Positions 9,195-19,382 of a stretch of DNA of 64,000 bases are shown here, piece after piece. Both the position numbers and the translations under genes were made by a program. The notes below the pieces were generated by a model. It ran no database searches, was not told where the DNA came from, and saw only the letters and a program-made list of their open reading frames with translations. This DNA comes from Xanthobacteraceae bacterium (GTDB taxonomy: Bacteria > Pseudomonadota > Alphaproteobacteria > Rhizobiales > Xanthobacteraceae), in assembly GCA_035642635.1 (NCBI GenBank), contig DASQRX010000109.1, positions 4,115 through 68,114 on the forward strand. The letters run 5' to 3'. Positions within the stretch are counted from its first letter, which is position 1. Every line of letters begins with the position of its first letter.

Positions 9195-10208
9195 ATGCCC
9201 ATAGATCCTGAAATGCCTGTGCATCAAGAACAACTCACGTTCGCCGGGCTGACGGCGACCCTGAAAGCCGCGGGCGAAGCCACCCGGCTGCGCATTCTGG
9301 CGCTCCTGGCAGAGGCCGAACTGACCGTCTCGGATCTCACCGAAATTCTGCGGCAGTCGCAACCGCGGATGTCCCGGCACCTGCGGCTCCTCGCCGAAGC
9401 CCGGCTGGTCGAGCGCTTCCGCGAAGGCGCCTGGGCCTTCTACCGCCTCGGCGAGCAGGGCGGCAACGACATCGCGCGGACGCTCATCGCGCGGCTGGAC
9501 CCCGAAGATCCGGTGATCGCCCGCGACCGCGAACGGCTCGCCGCCGTGCGCTCAGCCCGCGCCGCGGCCGCCCAAAATTACTTTCGCCGGCATGCGGCCG
9601 AATGGGACCGCATCCGCAAGCTCCATGCCGCCGATGCCGCCGTCGAAGACGCCATCCGCGCGGCTTTGTCTGACAAGCCGATCCGCGCGCTGCTCGATCT
9701 CGGCACCGGCACCGGCCGCATGCTCGAAATGTTCGCTCCGCAAATCGAGCGCGGGCTCGGCCTCGATCTGTCGCTCGACATGCTGGCGCTGGCGCGGGCG
9801 CGGCTCGATCGCTCAGGCTTGAAACATTGCAGCGTGCGCCATGGCGACATCTACGATCTGGCGCTGGCGCGGGATTCGTTTGACGTCGTCATCATCCACC
9901 AGGTGCTGCACTTCCTCGACGACAGCGCCCGCGCCATCCGTGAGGCGGCGCGCGTATTGCGGCCGGGCGGACGGCTTTTGGTCGTCGACTTCGCGCCGCA
10001 CGATCTCGAATTCCTGCGCGAGGAACATGCACATCGCCGCCTCGGCTTCACGCCCGAGACGGTGACGCAATGGCTCGAAGCCGCGGGCCTCGACGTGCTG
10101 CGGCAGGAGACTTTTGCGCCCGGACCGGAAGGCAAGATCGCGGTGTCGCTGTGGCTGGCGCGCGACCCGCGCATTCTCTTGGCGCAGCCCTCGACCCAGG
10201 TGGCGTGA
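9195..10208 (+). CDS. ArsR-family HTH fused to a SAM-dependent methyltransferase-like domain (SahR-like regulator)
   Basis: The N-terminal ArsR wHTH reads RLRILALLAEAELTVSDLTEILRQSQPRMSRHLRLL, and methyltransferase motif I reads LLDLGTGTGRML. Its stop overlaps the metF start. Confidence 0.8.
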   Translation: MPIDPEMPVHQEQLTFAGLTATLKAAGEATRLRILALLAEAELTVSDLTEILRQSQPRMSRHLRLLAEARLVERFREGAWAFYRLGEQGGNDIARTLIARLDPEDPVIARDRERLAAVRSARAAAAQNYFRRHAAEWDRIRKLHAADAAVEDAIRAALSDKPIRALLDLGTGTGRMLEMFAPQIERGLGLDLSLDMLALARARLDRSGLKHCSVRHGDIYDLALARDSFDVVIIHQVLHFLDDSARAIREAARVLRPGGRLLVVDFAPHDLEFLREEHAHRRLGFTPETVTQWLEAAGLDVLRQETFAPGPEGKIAVSLWLARDPRILLAQPSTQVA

Positions 10209-11149
10209 TGATCACACCCCGCCCCAGCCGCTTCGTTGAGGCCGGCGCCCGTCGCGGCCTCAACGTCTCGTTCGAATTCTTCCCGCCGAAGACCGTGGAG
10301 ATGGAGCAGGCGCTCTGGGAATCGATCCGGCGGCTCGCCCCGCTGCGGCCGAATTTCGTTTCGGTGACCTATGGCGCCGGCGGCTCGACGCGCGAGCGCA
10401 CCCACGCGACGGTGAAGCGCATTCTCGCCGAAACCCTGCTGACTCCGGCCGCGCACCTGACCTGCGTTGCCGCGAGCCGCGATGACGTCAATGCGGTGAT
10501 CGGCGCCTATGCGGCCGCCGGCGTGCGCCACATCGTGGCGCTGCGCGGCGATCCGGTCAGCGGCATCGGCGAGCGCTACACGCCACATCCCGGCGGCTAT
10601 CAAAACGCCGCCGATCTCGTCGCCGGCATCAAGCGCATTGCCGATATCGAAGTCTCGGTCTCGGCCTATCCGGAAAAACATCCCGACAGCCCGTCGGTCG
10701 CAGCCGACATCGATATGCTCAAGGCCAAGGTCGACGCCGGTGCGACGCGGGCGATGACGCAGTTCTTCTTCGAGAACAGTCTCTACTTCCGTTATCTCGA
10801 AAAAGTGCGCGCGGCCGGCATCACGATCCCGATCGTGCCGGGAATTCTGCCGGTGCAGAATTTCAAACAGACCAAGAATTTCGCCGAGCGCACCGGCGCT
10901 TCGGTTCCAGCCTGGCTCGCCGAACGCTTCGACGGCCTCGACGACGATCCGGCGACCCGCAAGCTGATTGCCGCCGCCGTCGCCGCCGAACAAGTCATCG
11001 ATCTCGTCGATCACGGCGTGACCGATTTTCATTTCTACACCATGAACCGTGCCGATCTTGTCTATGCGATCTGCCACATGCTCGGTCTGCGCCCGGATCA
11101 CGGCACCGCGCCGGTTTCGCCGTCCGCACCCATCAAGGAGCGCGCCTAG
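10208..11149 (+). CDS. metF: 5,10-methylenetetrahydrofolate reductase
   Basis: The ATG overlaps the upstream stop (TGATG). It contains FEFFPPKT, VTYGAGGSTR and HIVALRGD. Confidence 0.9.
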   Translation: MITPRPSRFVEAGARRGLNVSFEFFPPKTVEMEQALWESIRRLAPLRPNFVSVTYGAGGSTRERTHATVKRILAETLLTPAAHLTCVAASRDDVNAVIGAYAAAGVRHIVALRGDPVSGIGERYTPHPGGYQNAADLVAGIKRIADIEVSVSAYPEKHPDSPSVAADIDMLKAKVDAGATRAMTQFFFENSLYFRYLEKVRAAGITIPIVPGILPVQNFKQTKNFAERTGASVPAWLAERFDGLDDDPATRKLIAAAVAAEQVIDLVDHGVTDFHFYTMNRADLVYAICHMLGLRPDHGTAPVSPSAPIKERA

Positions 11150-11152
11150 CCG

Positions 11153-14100
11153 ATGAACAAGCTCGCGCCCAATTCCAAGACCGAATCGACGCTACGCCGT
11201 CTCGCCGTCGAACGCATTCTCGTGCTCGATGGCGCCATGGGCACGATGATCCAGGCGCTGCGCCTTGACGAGGACGCCTTTCGCGGCGCGCGCTTCGACG
11301 CCTGGAACCGCGAGGTGCGCGGCAATAACGATCTCCTCAATCTGACGCAGCCGGACGCCATCCGCTCGATCCACCTCGCCTATTTCCGTGCCGGCGCCGA
11401 TATCGTTTCGACCAACACGTTCTCCTCGACGCGTATTGCGCAAGCCGATTACGGCATGGCGGAGATCGCCTACGAATTGAACGTGGACGGCGCGCGCCTG
11501 GTGCGCGAAGCCGCCCGCATCGCCCAGGACGAAGACGGCCGCGAACGCATTGTCGCCGGGGCCATCGGGCCGACCAATCGCACCGCGTCGATCTCGCCGG
11601 ACGTGTCCAATCCGGGGTTTCGCGCCATCACCTTCGATCAGTTGCGCGACGCCTATGCCGAGCAGGTGCGCGGGCTGATCGACGGCGGCGTCGACGCGCT
11701 GTTGATCGAGACCATTTTCGACACGCTTAACGCCAAGGCGGCGATCTTCGCCATCGCCGACGAGCTCGCCGCGCGCGGCATCAATGTGCCGATCATGATC
11801 TCCGGCACCATCACCGACCGCTCCGGCCGTATTCTCTCCGGCCAGACGCCGGAAGCATTCTGGAATTCGATCGCGCATGCGGCGCCGCTGTCGATCGGGC
11901 TCAATTGCGCGCTCGGCGCCAAGGAGATGCGCGCGCATATCGCCGAGCTCAGCCGCGTCGCCGACACGCTGATCTGCGCCTATCCCAATGCAGGACTGCC
12001 CAACGAATTCGGCCATTACGACGAAGGCCCCGACACTATGGCGGCGCAGCTCGGCGAATTCGCCGCGGCGGGCCTGGTCAATATCGTCGGCGGCTGCTGC
12101 GGCACCACGCCCGACCACATTCGCGCCATCGCCCGCGCCGTTGCCGGCAAGACGCCGCGCAAAATCCCCGAGATCGCGCCGCGGCTGCGGCTGTCCGGCC
12201 TCGAGCCGTTCACGCTGACGCCAGAAATTCCGTTCGTGAATGTCGGCGAGCGCACCAATGTCACCGGCTCGGCGCGCTTTCGCAAACTCGTCACCGCGGG
12301 CGATTATCCCGCCGCGCTCGCTGTCGCGCGCGATCAGGTCGAAAGCGGCGCGCAGATCATCGACGTCAATATGGACGAGGGGCTTCTGGATTCCGAAAGG
12401 GCCATGACCACGTTCCTCAACCTGGTCGCGGCGGAGCCGGACATCGCGCGCGTGCCGGTGATGATTGATTCGTCGAAATTCTCGGTGATCGAGGCCGGCT
12501 TGAAATGCGTGCAGGGCAAGGCCGTGGTGAATTCAATCTCGCTCAAGGAGGGCGAAGACGCCTTCATCCGTCACGCCGAACTCGTGCGCCGCTACGGCGC
12601 CGCCGTCGTCGTCATGGCGTTCGATGAATCCGGGCAAGCCGACACGCTGGACAAGAAGCAGAAGATCGCCGCGCGCGCCTACGACATTCTGGTGAACCGC
12701 GTCGGCTTTCCGCCGCAGGACATCATCTTCGATCCGAACATCTTTGCCGTTGCGACCGGCATGGAGGAGCACAACGGCTACGGCGTCGACTTCATCGAAG
12801 GCGCGCACTGGATCCGGCAGAACCTGCCGCACGTCCATGTCTCCGGCGGCGTCTCCAATCTGTCGTTCTCATTCCGCGGCAACGAAGCGGTGCGCGAGGC
12901 GATGCATTCGGTGTTCCTCTATCACGCCATCGCGGCCGGCATGGATATGGGCATCGTCAATGCCGGTCAGATGGCGGTCTACGACGATCTCGATCCCGAA
13001 CTGCGCGAGGCCTGCGAGGATGTCGTGCTCAATCGCCGCCCCGACGCCGCCGAGCGGCTCTTGGCGCTGGCCGAACGGCATCGCGGCCAGGGCAAGGAGA
13101 AGAAAGAAGCCGACCTGTCCTGGCGTGAAATGCCGGTGGAGAAGCGGCTGTCGCATGCGCTCGTTCACGGCATCACCGACTTCATCGCCGAGGATGTCGA
13201 GGAAGCACGGCTCAAGGCTCCTCGCCCGCTCGCCGTGATCGAAGGCCCGCTGATGGACGGCATGAATGTGGTCGGCGACCTGTTCGGGTCGGGCCGGATG
13301 TTTCTGCCGCAGGTCGTGAAGTCGGCGCGGGTGATGAAACAGGCCGTCTCCCATCTGCTGCCCTATATGGAACAGGAGCGCGACGGCCGCCAGCATTCCT
13401 CGGCGAACGGGAAAATCGTGCTCGCCACCGTCAAAGGCGATGTCCACGATATCGGCAAGAACATCGTCGGCGTCGTACTCCAATGCAACAATTACGACGT
13501 CGTCGATCTCGGCGTCATGGTGCCGGCCGAGAAGATCATCCAGGCCGCGGTCGAGGAGCGCGCCGACATTGTCGGCCTGTCCGGCCTGATCACGCCGTCG
13601 CTCGATGAAATGTGCCACGTCGCCGCCGAACTCGAGCGGCGAGGCTTTGACCTGCCGCTATTGATCGGCGGCGCCACCACGAGCCGCGTGCACACTGCCG
13701 TCAAAATCCACCCCAATTACCGGCGCGGCCAGACAGTCTATGTCAATGACGCCAGCCGCGCTGTCGGGGTGGTTTCTTCGCTACTATCGCGAGAGACACA
13801 CGACCGTTATGTCAGCGACGTCCGCGCCGAATATGCGCGGATCGCAACCGCGCATGCGCGCGGCGAAGACAACAAGCAGCGGCTCTCCCTTGTCGACGCG
13901 CGCGCCAATGCGCTTAAGCTGAACTGGTCCGGCAATTATCTGCCGCCGGTGCCGCGCCTTTTCGGCGCGCACACGTTCGCCGACATTCCGATCGCCGAAC
14001 TCGTCGACTATATCGACTGGTCGCCGTTCTTCGCCACCTGGGAGCTCAACGGCAAATATCCGGCGATCCTGCAAGACGCGACTGCTGGCGAAGCCGCGCG

Positions 14101-14890
14101 CGGCCTGTTCGCCGACGCGCAAGAGATGCTCAAGACAATGATCGCCGAGAAATGGTTCCAGGCCAGCGCCGTGATCGGCTTCTGGCCGGCCAACAGCGAA
14201 GGCGATGACATTCTGATTTTCGGCGACGAAGCGCGAAAGAAGCCGATCGCCACCTTGCATACGCTCCGCCAACAACTCGCCCGCCGCGAAGGCCGCGCCA
14301 ATGTCGCGCTGGCCGATTTCGTGGCGCCGCGCGCCAGCGGGCTTGCCGACTATATCGGCGCCTTCGCGGTGACCGCCGGTCTCGGCGAAGAAGCCGTGGT
14401 CGATCGCTTCAAGTACGCCAACGACGATTATTCCGCGATCCTGGCCAAGGCACTGGCCGATCGTCTCGCCGAAGCGCTCGCCGAGCGCATGCATCAGCGC
14501 GCGCGCCGCGAATTCTGGGCCTATGCGCCGGACGAGACTTTGCGCAGCGACGCACTGATCGGCGAACAATATCGCGGCATTCGTCCGGCGCCCGGCTATC
14601 CGGCGCAGCCCGACCACACCGAGAAAGCGACCTTGTTCAAGCTCCTTGACGGCGACCGCGCCATCGGCGTGAAGCTCACCGAAAGTTTCGCCATGTGGCC
14701 CGGCGCATCGGTATGCGGGCTCTATTTCAGCCACCCCGACAGCTATTATTTCGGCGTCGGCAAGATCGAGCGCGATCAGGTCGAGGATTACGCCAAGCGC
14801 AAGGGCGAGACCTTCGCCGCAATGGAAAAGTGGCTGGCGCCGATCCTCAACTACGATCCGCTCGCGGCCGCGCGCACCGCGGCGGAATAG
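11153..14890 (+). CDS. metH: cobalamin-dependent methionine synthase
   Basis: A 1245-aa protein with a Hcy-binding domain (GGCCGTTP), a pterin-binding domain, a B12-binding DxHxxG motif ([10 protein letters not shown]) and an AdoMet activation domain. Confidence 0.95.
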   Translation: MNKLAPNSKTESTLRRLAVERILVLDGAMGTMIQALRLDEDAFRGARFDAWNREVRGNNDLLNLTQPDAIRSIHLAYFRAGADIVSTNTFSSTRIAQADYGMAEIAYELNVDGARLVREAARIAQDEDGRERIVAGAIGPTNRTASISPDVSNPGFRAITFDQLRDAYAEQVRGLIDGGVDALLIETIFDTLNAKAAIFAIADELAARGINVPIMISGTITDRSGRILSGQTPEAFWNSIAHAAPLSIGLNCALGAKEMRAHIAELSRVADTLICAYPNAGLPNEFGHYDEGPDTMAAQLGEFAAAGLVNIVGGCCGTTPDHIRAIARAVAGKTPRKIPEIAPRLRLSGLEPFTLTPEIPFVNVGERTNVTGSARFRKLVTAGDYPAALAVARDQVESGAQIIDVNMDEGLLDSERAMTTFLNLVAAEPDIARVPVMIDSSKFSVIEAGLKCVQGKAVVNSISLKEGEDAFIRHAELVRRYGAAVVVMAFDESGQADTLDKKQKIAARAYDILVNRVGFPPQDIIFDPNIFAVATGMEEHNGYGVDFIEGAHWIRQNLPHVHVSGGVSNLSFSFRGNEAVREAMHSVFLYHAIAAGMDMGIVNAGQMAVYDDLDPELREACEDVVLNRRPDAAERLLALAERHRGQGKEKKEADLSWREMPVEKRLSHALVHGITDFIAEDVEEARLKAPRPLAVIEGPLMDGMNVVGDLFGSGRMFLPQVVKSARVMKQAVSHLLPYMEQERDGRQHSSANGKIVLATVKGDVHDIGKNIVGVVLQCNNYDVVDLGVMVPAEKIIQAAVEERADIVGLSGLITPSLDEMCHVAAELERRGFDLPLLIGGATTSRVHTAVKIHPNYRRGQTVYVNDASRAVGVVSSLLSRETHDRYVSDVRAEYARIATAHARGEDNKQRLSLVDARANALKLNWSGNYLPPVPRLFGAHTFADIPIAELVDYIDWSPFFATWELNGKYPAILQDATAGEAARGLFADAQEMLKTMIAEKWFQASAVIGFWPANSEGDDILIFGDEARKKPIATLHTLRQQLARREGRANVALADFVAPRASGLADYIGAFAVTAGLGEEAVVDRFKYANDDYSAILAKALADRLAEALAERMHQRARREFWAYAPDETLRSDALIGEQYRGIRPAPGYPAQPDHTEKATLFKLLDGDRAIGVKLTESFAMWPGASVCGLYFSHPDSYYFGVGKIERDQVEDYAKRKGETFAAMEKWLAPILNYDPLAAARTAAE

Positions 14891-14896
14891 CAACGG

Positions 14897-16321
14897 TTAA
14901 GGACGCGTTCCAATGAATGCGTCCAGCGCGTCGTGAACGCTGGCAATGACGCTCGCCCACGAGCCGAACTGTTGCTGCCGGAACAGCCGCGCGTTCCGAT
15001 ACCAGGGGCTCTCGTCGCGATCGAGCAGCCATCGCCAATCCGAATTAAACGGCAACAGAATCCACACCGGCTTCCCCATCGCGCCGGCCAGATGGGCAAC
15101 GCTCGTATCCACGGTTATGACCAAGTCCAGAACATCGATCACCGCCGCCGTATCGGAAAAATCCCTCAGGTCATCGCCGTAGGACACCAACTGACCAAGC
15201 TCCGCAAGCTGAGCCGCATCGCCAGGTCTGAGTTCCCATTGCAGGGATATCCAATGCGCTTCGAGAGACAATAGCGGCGCGAGAGCCGAAGGATCGATCG
15301 ATCGCAGCCTGTCATTCCGATGTTTGAGACTGCCGCTCCAGACCAGCCCGACGCGGGGCTTTGTCGGCGGCGGCAGTCTCGCCGCCCATGCATCGCGCAA
15401 CTGCGCGTCGGCAAAAATATAGCGCTGTTCCGATGGTATGGTTTCGAGCGTCGTCCCGAGCGCCAGCGGCAGGCTCATCAGCGGACAATGCAAATCGAAC
15501 GCGGCCGGTATTTGATCGGCGTTGATGATTTGGACGCCGGTATCCATGTGTTGCAGCAGCCGATACAGCGGCTCCTGCACCGACATCACGACGTGAGCTC
15601 CGCGTGCCTTTAGAACTTTGGCGTAGCGGCAGAACTGTATCGTATCGCCGAGACCCTGCTCGCAATGAACAAACAATGTCTTGTTCGCAATATCTTCGCC
15701 GCCGAGCCACAGCGGCTGCGCGAACCAACGATTGCCGACGGGGGTTTCTAGTTGCTTGCGCCATTCGTGCAGGCGCCAGCCCCGTTCGAAATCCCCCTTC
15801 TGCAAATAACAATAAGCTTGGTTGGTATATGCTTCCGCGTAACCCGGCATGAGCGCGAGCGCTCTGTCGTAAGCGGCGATGGCTTCGTCGAGGCGCTTTT
15901 GGTCCTGCAGCACCGCCGCGCGGTTGTGGTGCGCCTGCGCATAGTCCGGTTTGAGCACGATCGCCTGATCGAGATTTGCGAGCGCGGCATCGAGACGTTG
16001 CAGATCCTGCAACGCAAGGCCGCTGTTGTAATGGGCTTGGGCGTAATCCGGTTTCAGCGCAATGGCCTTTTCGAAGCTCAAGAGCGCCTCATCAAGCCGT
16101 CCTAGATCCTGCAGCGCGGCGCCGCGATTGTTGTGCGCCATTGCGTTGTCGGGCTTCAGCGTGATAGTCGTGTCGAAACCCGCGAGCGCTTCGTCAAAGC
16201 GCATCAGGTCAAGCAGCACGAGCGCCCGGTTATTGTGGGCTTCGGCGTAATCCGGCTTCAGCGCGATGGCCCGTTCGAAGGCAGCAAGCGCTTCATCAAT
16301 GCGGTTAAGATTGGCCAGCAC
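14897..16321 (-). CDS. TPR-repeat protein with C-terminal glycosyltransferase family 9-like domain (5' end apparently missing)
   Basis: It carries repeated LKPDYAxAHxNRG 34-aa units and a C-terminal VDTSVAHLAGAMGKPVW motif. The first usable start is GTG at 16321, but TPR-coding sense continues upstream to 16474 without a start codon. Confidence 0.7.
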   Translation of the reverse strand: MLANLNRIDEALAAFERAIALKPDYAEAHNNRALVLLDLMRFDEALAGFDTTITLKPDNAMAHNNRGAALQDLGRLDEALLSFEKAIALKPDYAQAHYNSGLALQDLQRLDAALANLDQAIVLKPDYAQAHHNRAAVLQDQKRLDEAIAAYDRALALMPGYAEAYTNQAYCYLQKGDFERGWRLHEWRKQLETPVGNRWFAQPLWLGGEDIANKTLFVHCEQGLGDTIQFCRYAKVLKARGAHVVMSVQEPLYRLLQHMDTGVQIINADQIPAAFDLHCPLMSLPLALGTTLETIPSEQRYIFADAQLRDAWAARLPPPTKPRVGLVWSGSLKHRNDRLRSIDPSALAPLLSLEAHWISLQWELRPGDAAQLAELGQLVSYGDDLRDFSDTAAVIDVLDLVITVDTSVAHLAGAMGKPVWILLPFNSDWRWLLDRDESPWYRNARLFRQQQFGSWASVIASVHDALDAFIGTRP

Positions 16322-16478
16322 GATGCCGCGGCCGTTATGGGCTTCGGCATAATCCGGCTCTAGCGTAATGGCCTGGTCGAAATCGACGAGTGCTTCGTCG
16401 AAGCGCCTCGTGTCGCGCAGCGCGCAGCCGCTCTGGTAATACGCTTCACTCTGCTCCGCGCTCAGGGCCGCCTCCTAT

Positions 16479-17747
16479 CTACCCTGCAACTTTGCGCGCG
16501 ATGGCCTGTTCGACAAACAGCGCCGCTTCGAGCGCTGCGCGGTCGCGGCCGAAGCGGCCGACGATCTGAACGCCGAGCGGCAGGCCGTTCTCGCTCAAGC
16601 CTGGAACACTGACGCAAGGGCTGCCCATCAGCGTCCACAGCCGGTTGAACATCGCGTTGCCAGTCGTGGCAAAACCATGCGGCGCCGCGCCGGGTGCCGA
16701 CGGCGTGAGGATCACGTCGTAATCGGCCATCATATCGGCGAGCGCCTGCCGGGCGCGGCTGCCGGTGCGCCGCGCGGCGTCGTAATTGGCGGCACTGATG
16801 GAAGCCGCGGCATCGAGCGCTTCGCGCAGCCTGCGGTCGATTTTCTCGCGATGGTGATCGTATTCCCACGCCACGGCGCAGAGGTTTTCGTAATCCTGAA
16901 TCGTGTGCTGCGCGAGGTAGGCGTCCTCAAAGATCGGCGGCAGCGTGATCTCGGTGACCTTGGCGCCGGCGCCTTGCGCGATCTTGGCCGCGGTCTCGAT
17001 CGCCTTGTGCATCGCTTCGCTCGCCTGCGGCCACAGATGCGTGCGCGCGACCGCGACGCGGGGCGCTGAGGGCGCGGTGCGGTCGACGCGCAGGTCGCGC
17101 GCCAGTATGGCAGCCGCGACAAAAGCGACATCGACGACGCTCGCGCCGAACACACCGGCCGTATCGAGATGCCAGGCGACGTCTTTGACGCCGACCAGCG
17201 GGATCAAGCGATACGACGGTTTGAAGCCGGCCACGCCGCAGAACGCGGCCGGCCGGATCACCGAACCCGCGGTCTGCGTGCCGAACGCGATCGGCACCAT
17301 GCCGGCGGCGACCGCCGCAGCCGAACCCGACGACGAGCCGCCGGGCGTGTGTTCGAGATGATGCGGATTGCGCGTCGTCGACGGCACGAGCGACGCCATT
17401 TCGGTGGTGATCGTTTTGCCGATGACGATGCCGCCCGCGCGGCGCGTCAGCGCGACCGGGCTGGAATCGGCACGCGGCCGATAGCCGGCATAGATCGGCG
17501 AGCCGTATTGCGTCGGCAGATCGGCGGTGTCGAAAATATCCTTGAACGCGACCGGCAGGCCGCGGAGCGGCGTCGACGCAAGACCCGGCTCGTCGGCCGC
17601 GCGGCGCGCCGCGTCGAGATCGAGCACCGCGAACGCGCCGACCTCTTTCTCGCGCGCGTCGATCGCTTGCGCGCACAATTCGATCGCGGCGCGCGGCTTT
17701 AATTCACCCGCTTCGAGGCGGCGCACCAGATCGAGCGCTGACAGCAT
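16479..17747 (-). CDS. amidase (amidase-signature family)
   Basis: It has the GGSSSGSAAAVAAG signature and an ATG at 17747 preceded by GGAGAAAAAA. The ORF track extends to 17834. Confidence 0.85.
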   Translation of the reverse strand: MLSALDLVRRLEAGELKPRAAIELCAQAIDAREKEVGAFAVLDLDAARRAADEPGLASTPLRGLPVAFKDIFDTADLPTQYGSPIYAGYRPRADSSPVALTRRAGGIVIGKTITTEMASLVPSTTRNPHHLEHTPGGSSSGSAAAVAAGMVPIAFGTQTAGSVIRPAAFCGVAGFKPSYRLIPLVGVKDVAWHLDTAGVFGASVVDVAFVAAAILARDLRVDRTAPSAPRVAVARTHLWPQASEAMHKAIETAAKIAQGAGAKVTEITLPPIFEDAYLAQHTIQDYENLCAVAWEYDHHREKIDRRLREALDAAASISAANYDAARRTGSRARQALADMMADYDVILTPSAPGAAPHGFATTGNAMFNRLWTLMGSPCVSVPGLSENGLPLGVQIVGRFGRDRAALEAALFVEQAIARKVAG

Positions 17748-17875
17748 CGTTTTTTCTCCGCTGCGATGTGGCCCGAAAGACGGGTGCGGATCAAGGGGCA
17801 TGGTTAATGGGCGGTTCACGCGCCGCTGCAACATCGTTGAGCAGTCTTTAAGGGAATTGCTCGCATTGTCCGCGC

Positions 17876-19258
17876 ATGGCGCGCGGAGTTCGTTGGTACC
17901 TCGTCAGCTCCCTCGTCCTCGTCGCTCTGATCGCTGTCGCCGGCTGCAGCCATTATATGCTCGCCGAGCGCGAGCCATGGCGGGCTGAGGCGGAACTGTC
18001 GTGCCTGAATTCCGGCGCCGTCAAAGAGTCGGCAGCGCGCGTCCGTATCTCCTCAATCGACGGGCCGGGCGCATGCGGCATGGTCTATCCGCTGCGCGTA
18101 TCGGCGCTGGGTGGAAGTTCCGCGCTTGGCTATGACGACGAGTCGATGCGGCCGCCAAGTTCTATTCCAAATAACGCGGGCCCTCATGGTTCGGCGCCGC
18201 AGAACTGGCCGGGTCAGGGATATGGGCAGACGAACGGCGCGCCCTACGCCCCGGCATCTTCTTCGAGCGCGATCCAGTCGAGCGCGCTGCCGCCAGTGCA
18301 ACGGAGCGGACCGCAATATAATCCCTATCAACAATCTGCCGCGCCCCAATCTTACCCTCCGCAGTCTTATCCGGCGCAGCAGCCATACCCGTCATCGGAA
18401 GCCTATTCGCAAACCTACCGCGCGCCGCAAACGATGGCACAGGTTGGCCAGCCGCTGTCGCTCAATCCACCGGGACTGCCAGAGCCCGATGACGACGAAG
18501 ACATCGGCATTCCGGGCGGTCCGCCGCATCCATATTACGGCGGCCCAAATTACGATGGCTCAAATTACGGTGGCCCGAACGCGGCGCCTTATTCGCCGCG
18601 CCAAATGCCAACGCAACCGCCGCCGCTCGGGCCGCCTGACGCATCGAGCATGACCGCGTCGATCCAGCCGGTCGCCGTGGAGCCCGCGGCGACGCTTGCC
18701 TGCCCGATCGTCTCGGCGCTCGATCAATGGATCACGGGTGCGGTGCAGCCCGCAGCGCTGCGCTGGTTTCGCCAGCCGGTCGTCGAGATCAAACAAATCT
18801 CGGCCTATTCCTGTCGCGGCATGAACGGCAATCCGAACGCGCATATTTCCGAACACGCCTTCGGCAATGCGCTCGACGTCGCCGAGTTCGATCTCGCCGA
18901 CGGCCACAAGGTCAGCGTGCAATATGGCTGGCACGGCTCGCCTGAGGAACAGGGATTTCTCCACGACGTGCAGTCGGCGGCCTGCGACGAGTTCACCACC
19001 GTGCTGGCGCCCGGCGCCAACGTCTATCACTACAATCACATCCACGTCGATCTGATGCGGCACTATAACGGCCGCCATATCTGCGAGCCCTCGGCGATCC
19101 CGGGCGAAGTCGCCGCCGCGCGCGTGCGCTCGCGTTTCGCCGCGCAGCACGATCCCAATGTCACCGGCTCGATCAAAGAGAGGACGCACGGCCGCGCGTC
19201 CGGCTATTCCGGCGAGGATGACAACAGCCCGCCGGACGCCGTGCCGGGCGAAGACTAG
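17876..19258 (+). CDS. extensin-like C-terminal domain protein with Pro/Tyr/Gln-rich linker
   Basis: It has a lipoprotein-like N-terminus (LIAVAGC), a low-complexity PQSYP/YGGPNY region, and a C-terminal SEHAFGNALDV...HYNHIHVDL domain. Confidence 0.7.
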   Translation: MARGVRWYLVSSLVLVALIAVAGCSHYMLAEREPWRAEAELSCLNSGAVKESAARVRISSIDGPGACGMVYPLRVSALGGSSALGYDDESMRPPSSIPNNAGPHGSAPQNWPGQGYGQTNGAPYAPASSSSAIQSSALPPVQRSGPQYNPYQQSAAPQSYPPQSYPAQQPYPSSEAYSQTYRAPQTMAQVGQPLSLNPPGLPEPDDDEDIGIPGGPPHPYYGGPNYDGSNYGGPNAAPYSPRQMPTQPPPLGPPDASSMTASIQPVAVEPAATLACPIVSALDQWITGAVQPAALRWFRQPVVEIKQISAYSCRGMNGNPNAHISEHAFGNALDVAEFDLADGHKVSVQYGWHGSPEEQGFLHDVQSAACDEFTTVLAPGANVYHYNHIHVDLMRHYNGRHICEPSAIPGEVAAARVRSRFAAQHDPNVTGSIKERTHGRASGYSGEDDNSPPDAVPGED

Positions 19259-19267
19259 CGCTACGTT

Positions 19268-19345
19268 TCCCGGGCGCAGCGCAGCACGCAGTGATGCGCT
19301 GCAGACCCGGGATCGTTACGAGCACGGAATTTGAAACGATCCCGT
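19268..19345. repeat. REP-like double hairpin between convergent genes
   Basis: Two inverted repeats are visible: TCCCGGGCGCAGCGCA...TGCGCTGCAGACCCGGGA, then GGGATCGTT...AACGATCCC. Confidence 0.5.
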
Positions 19346-19382
19346 ATCTGCGATGCCACCGCGTCTGGGAAAAGCGTGGTAG

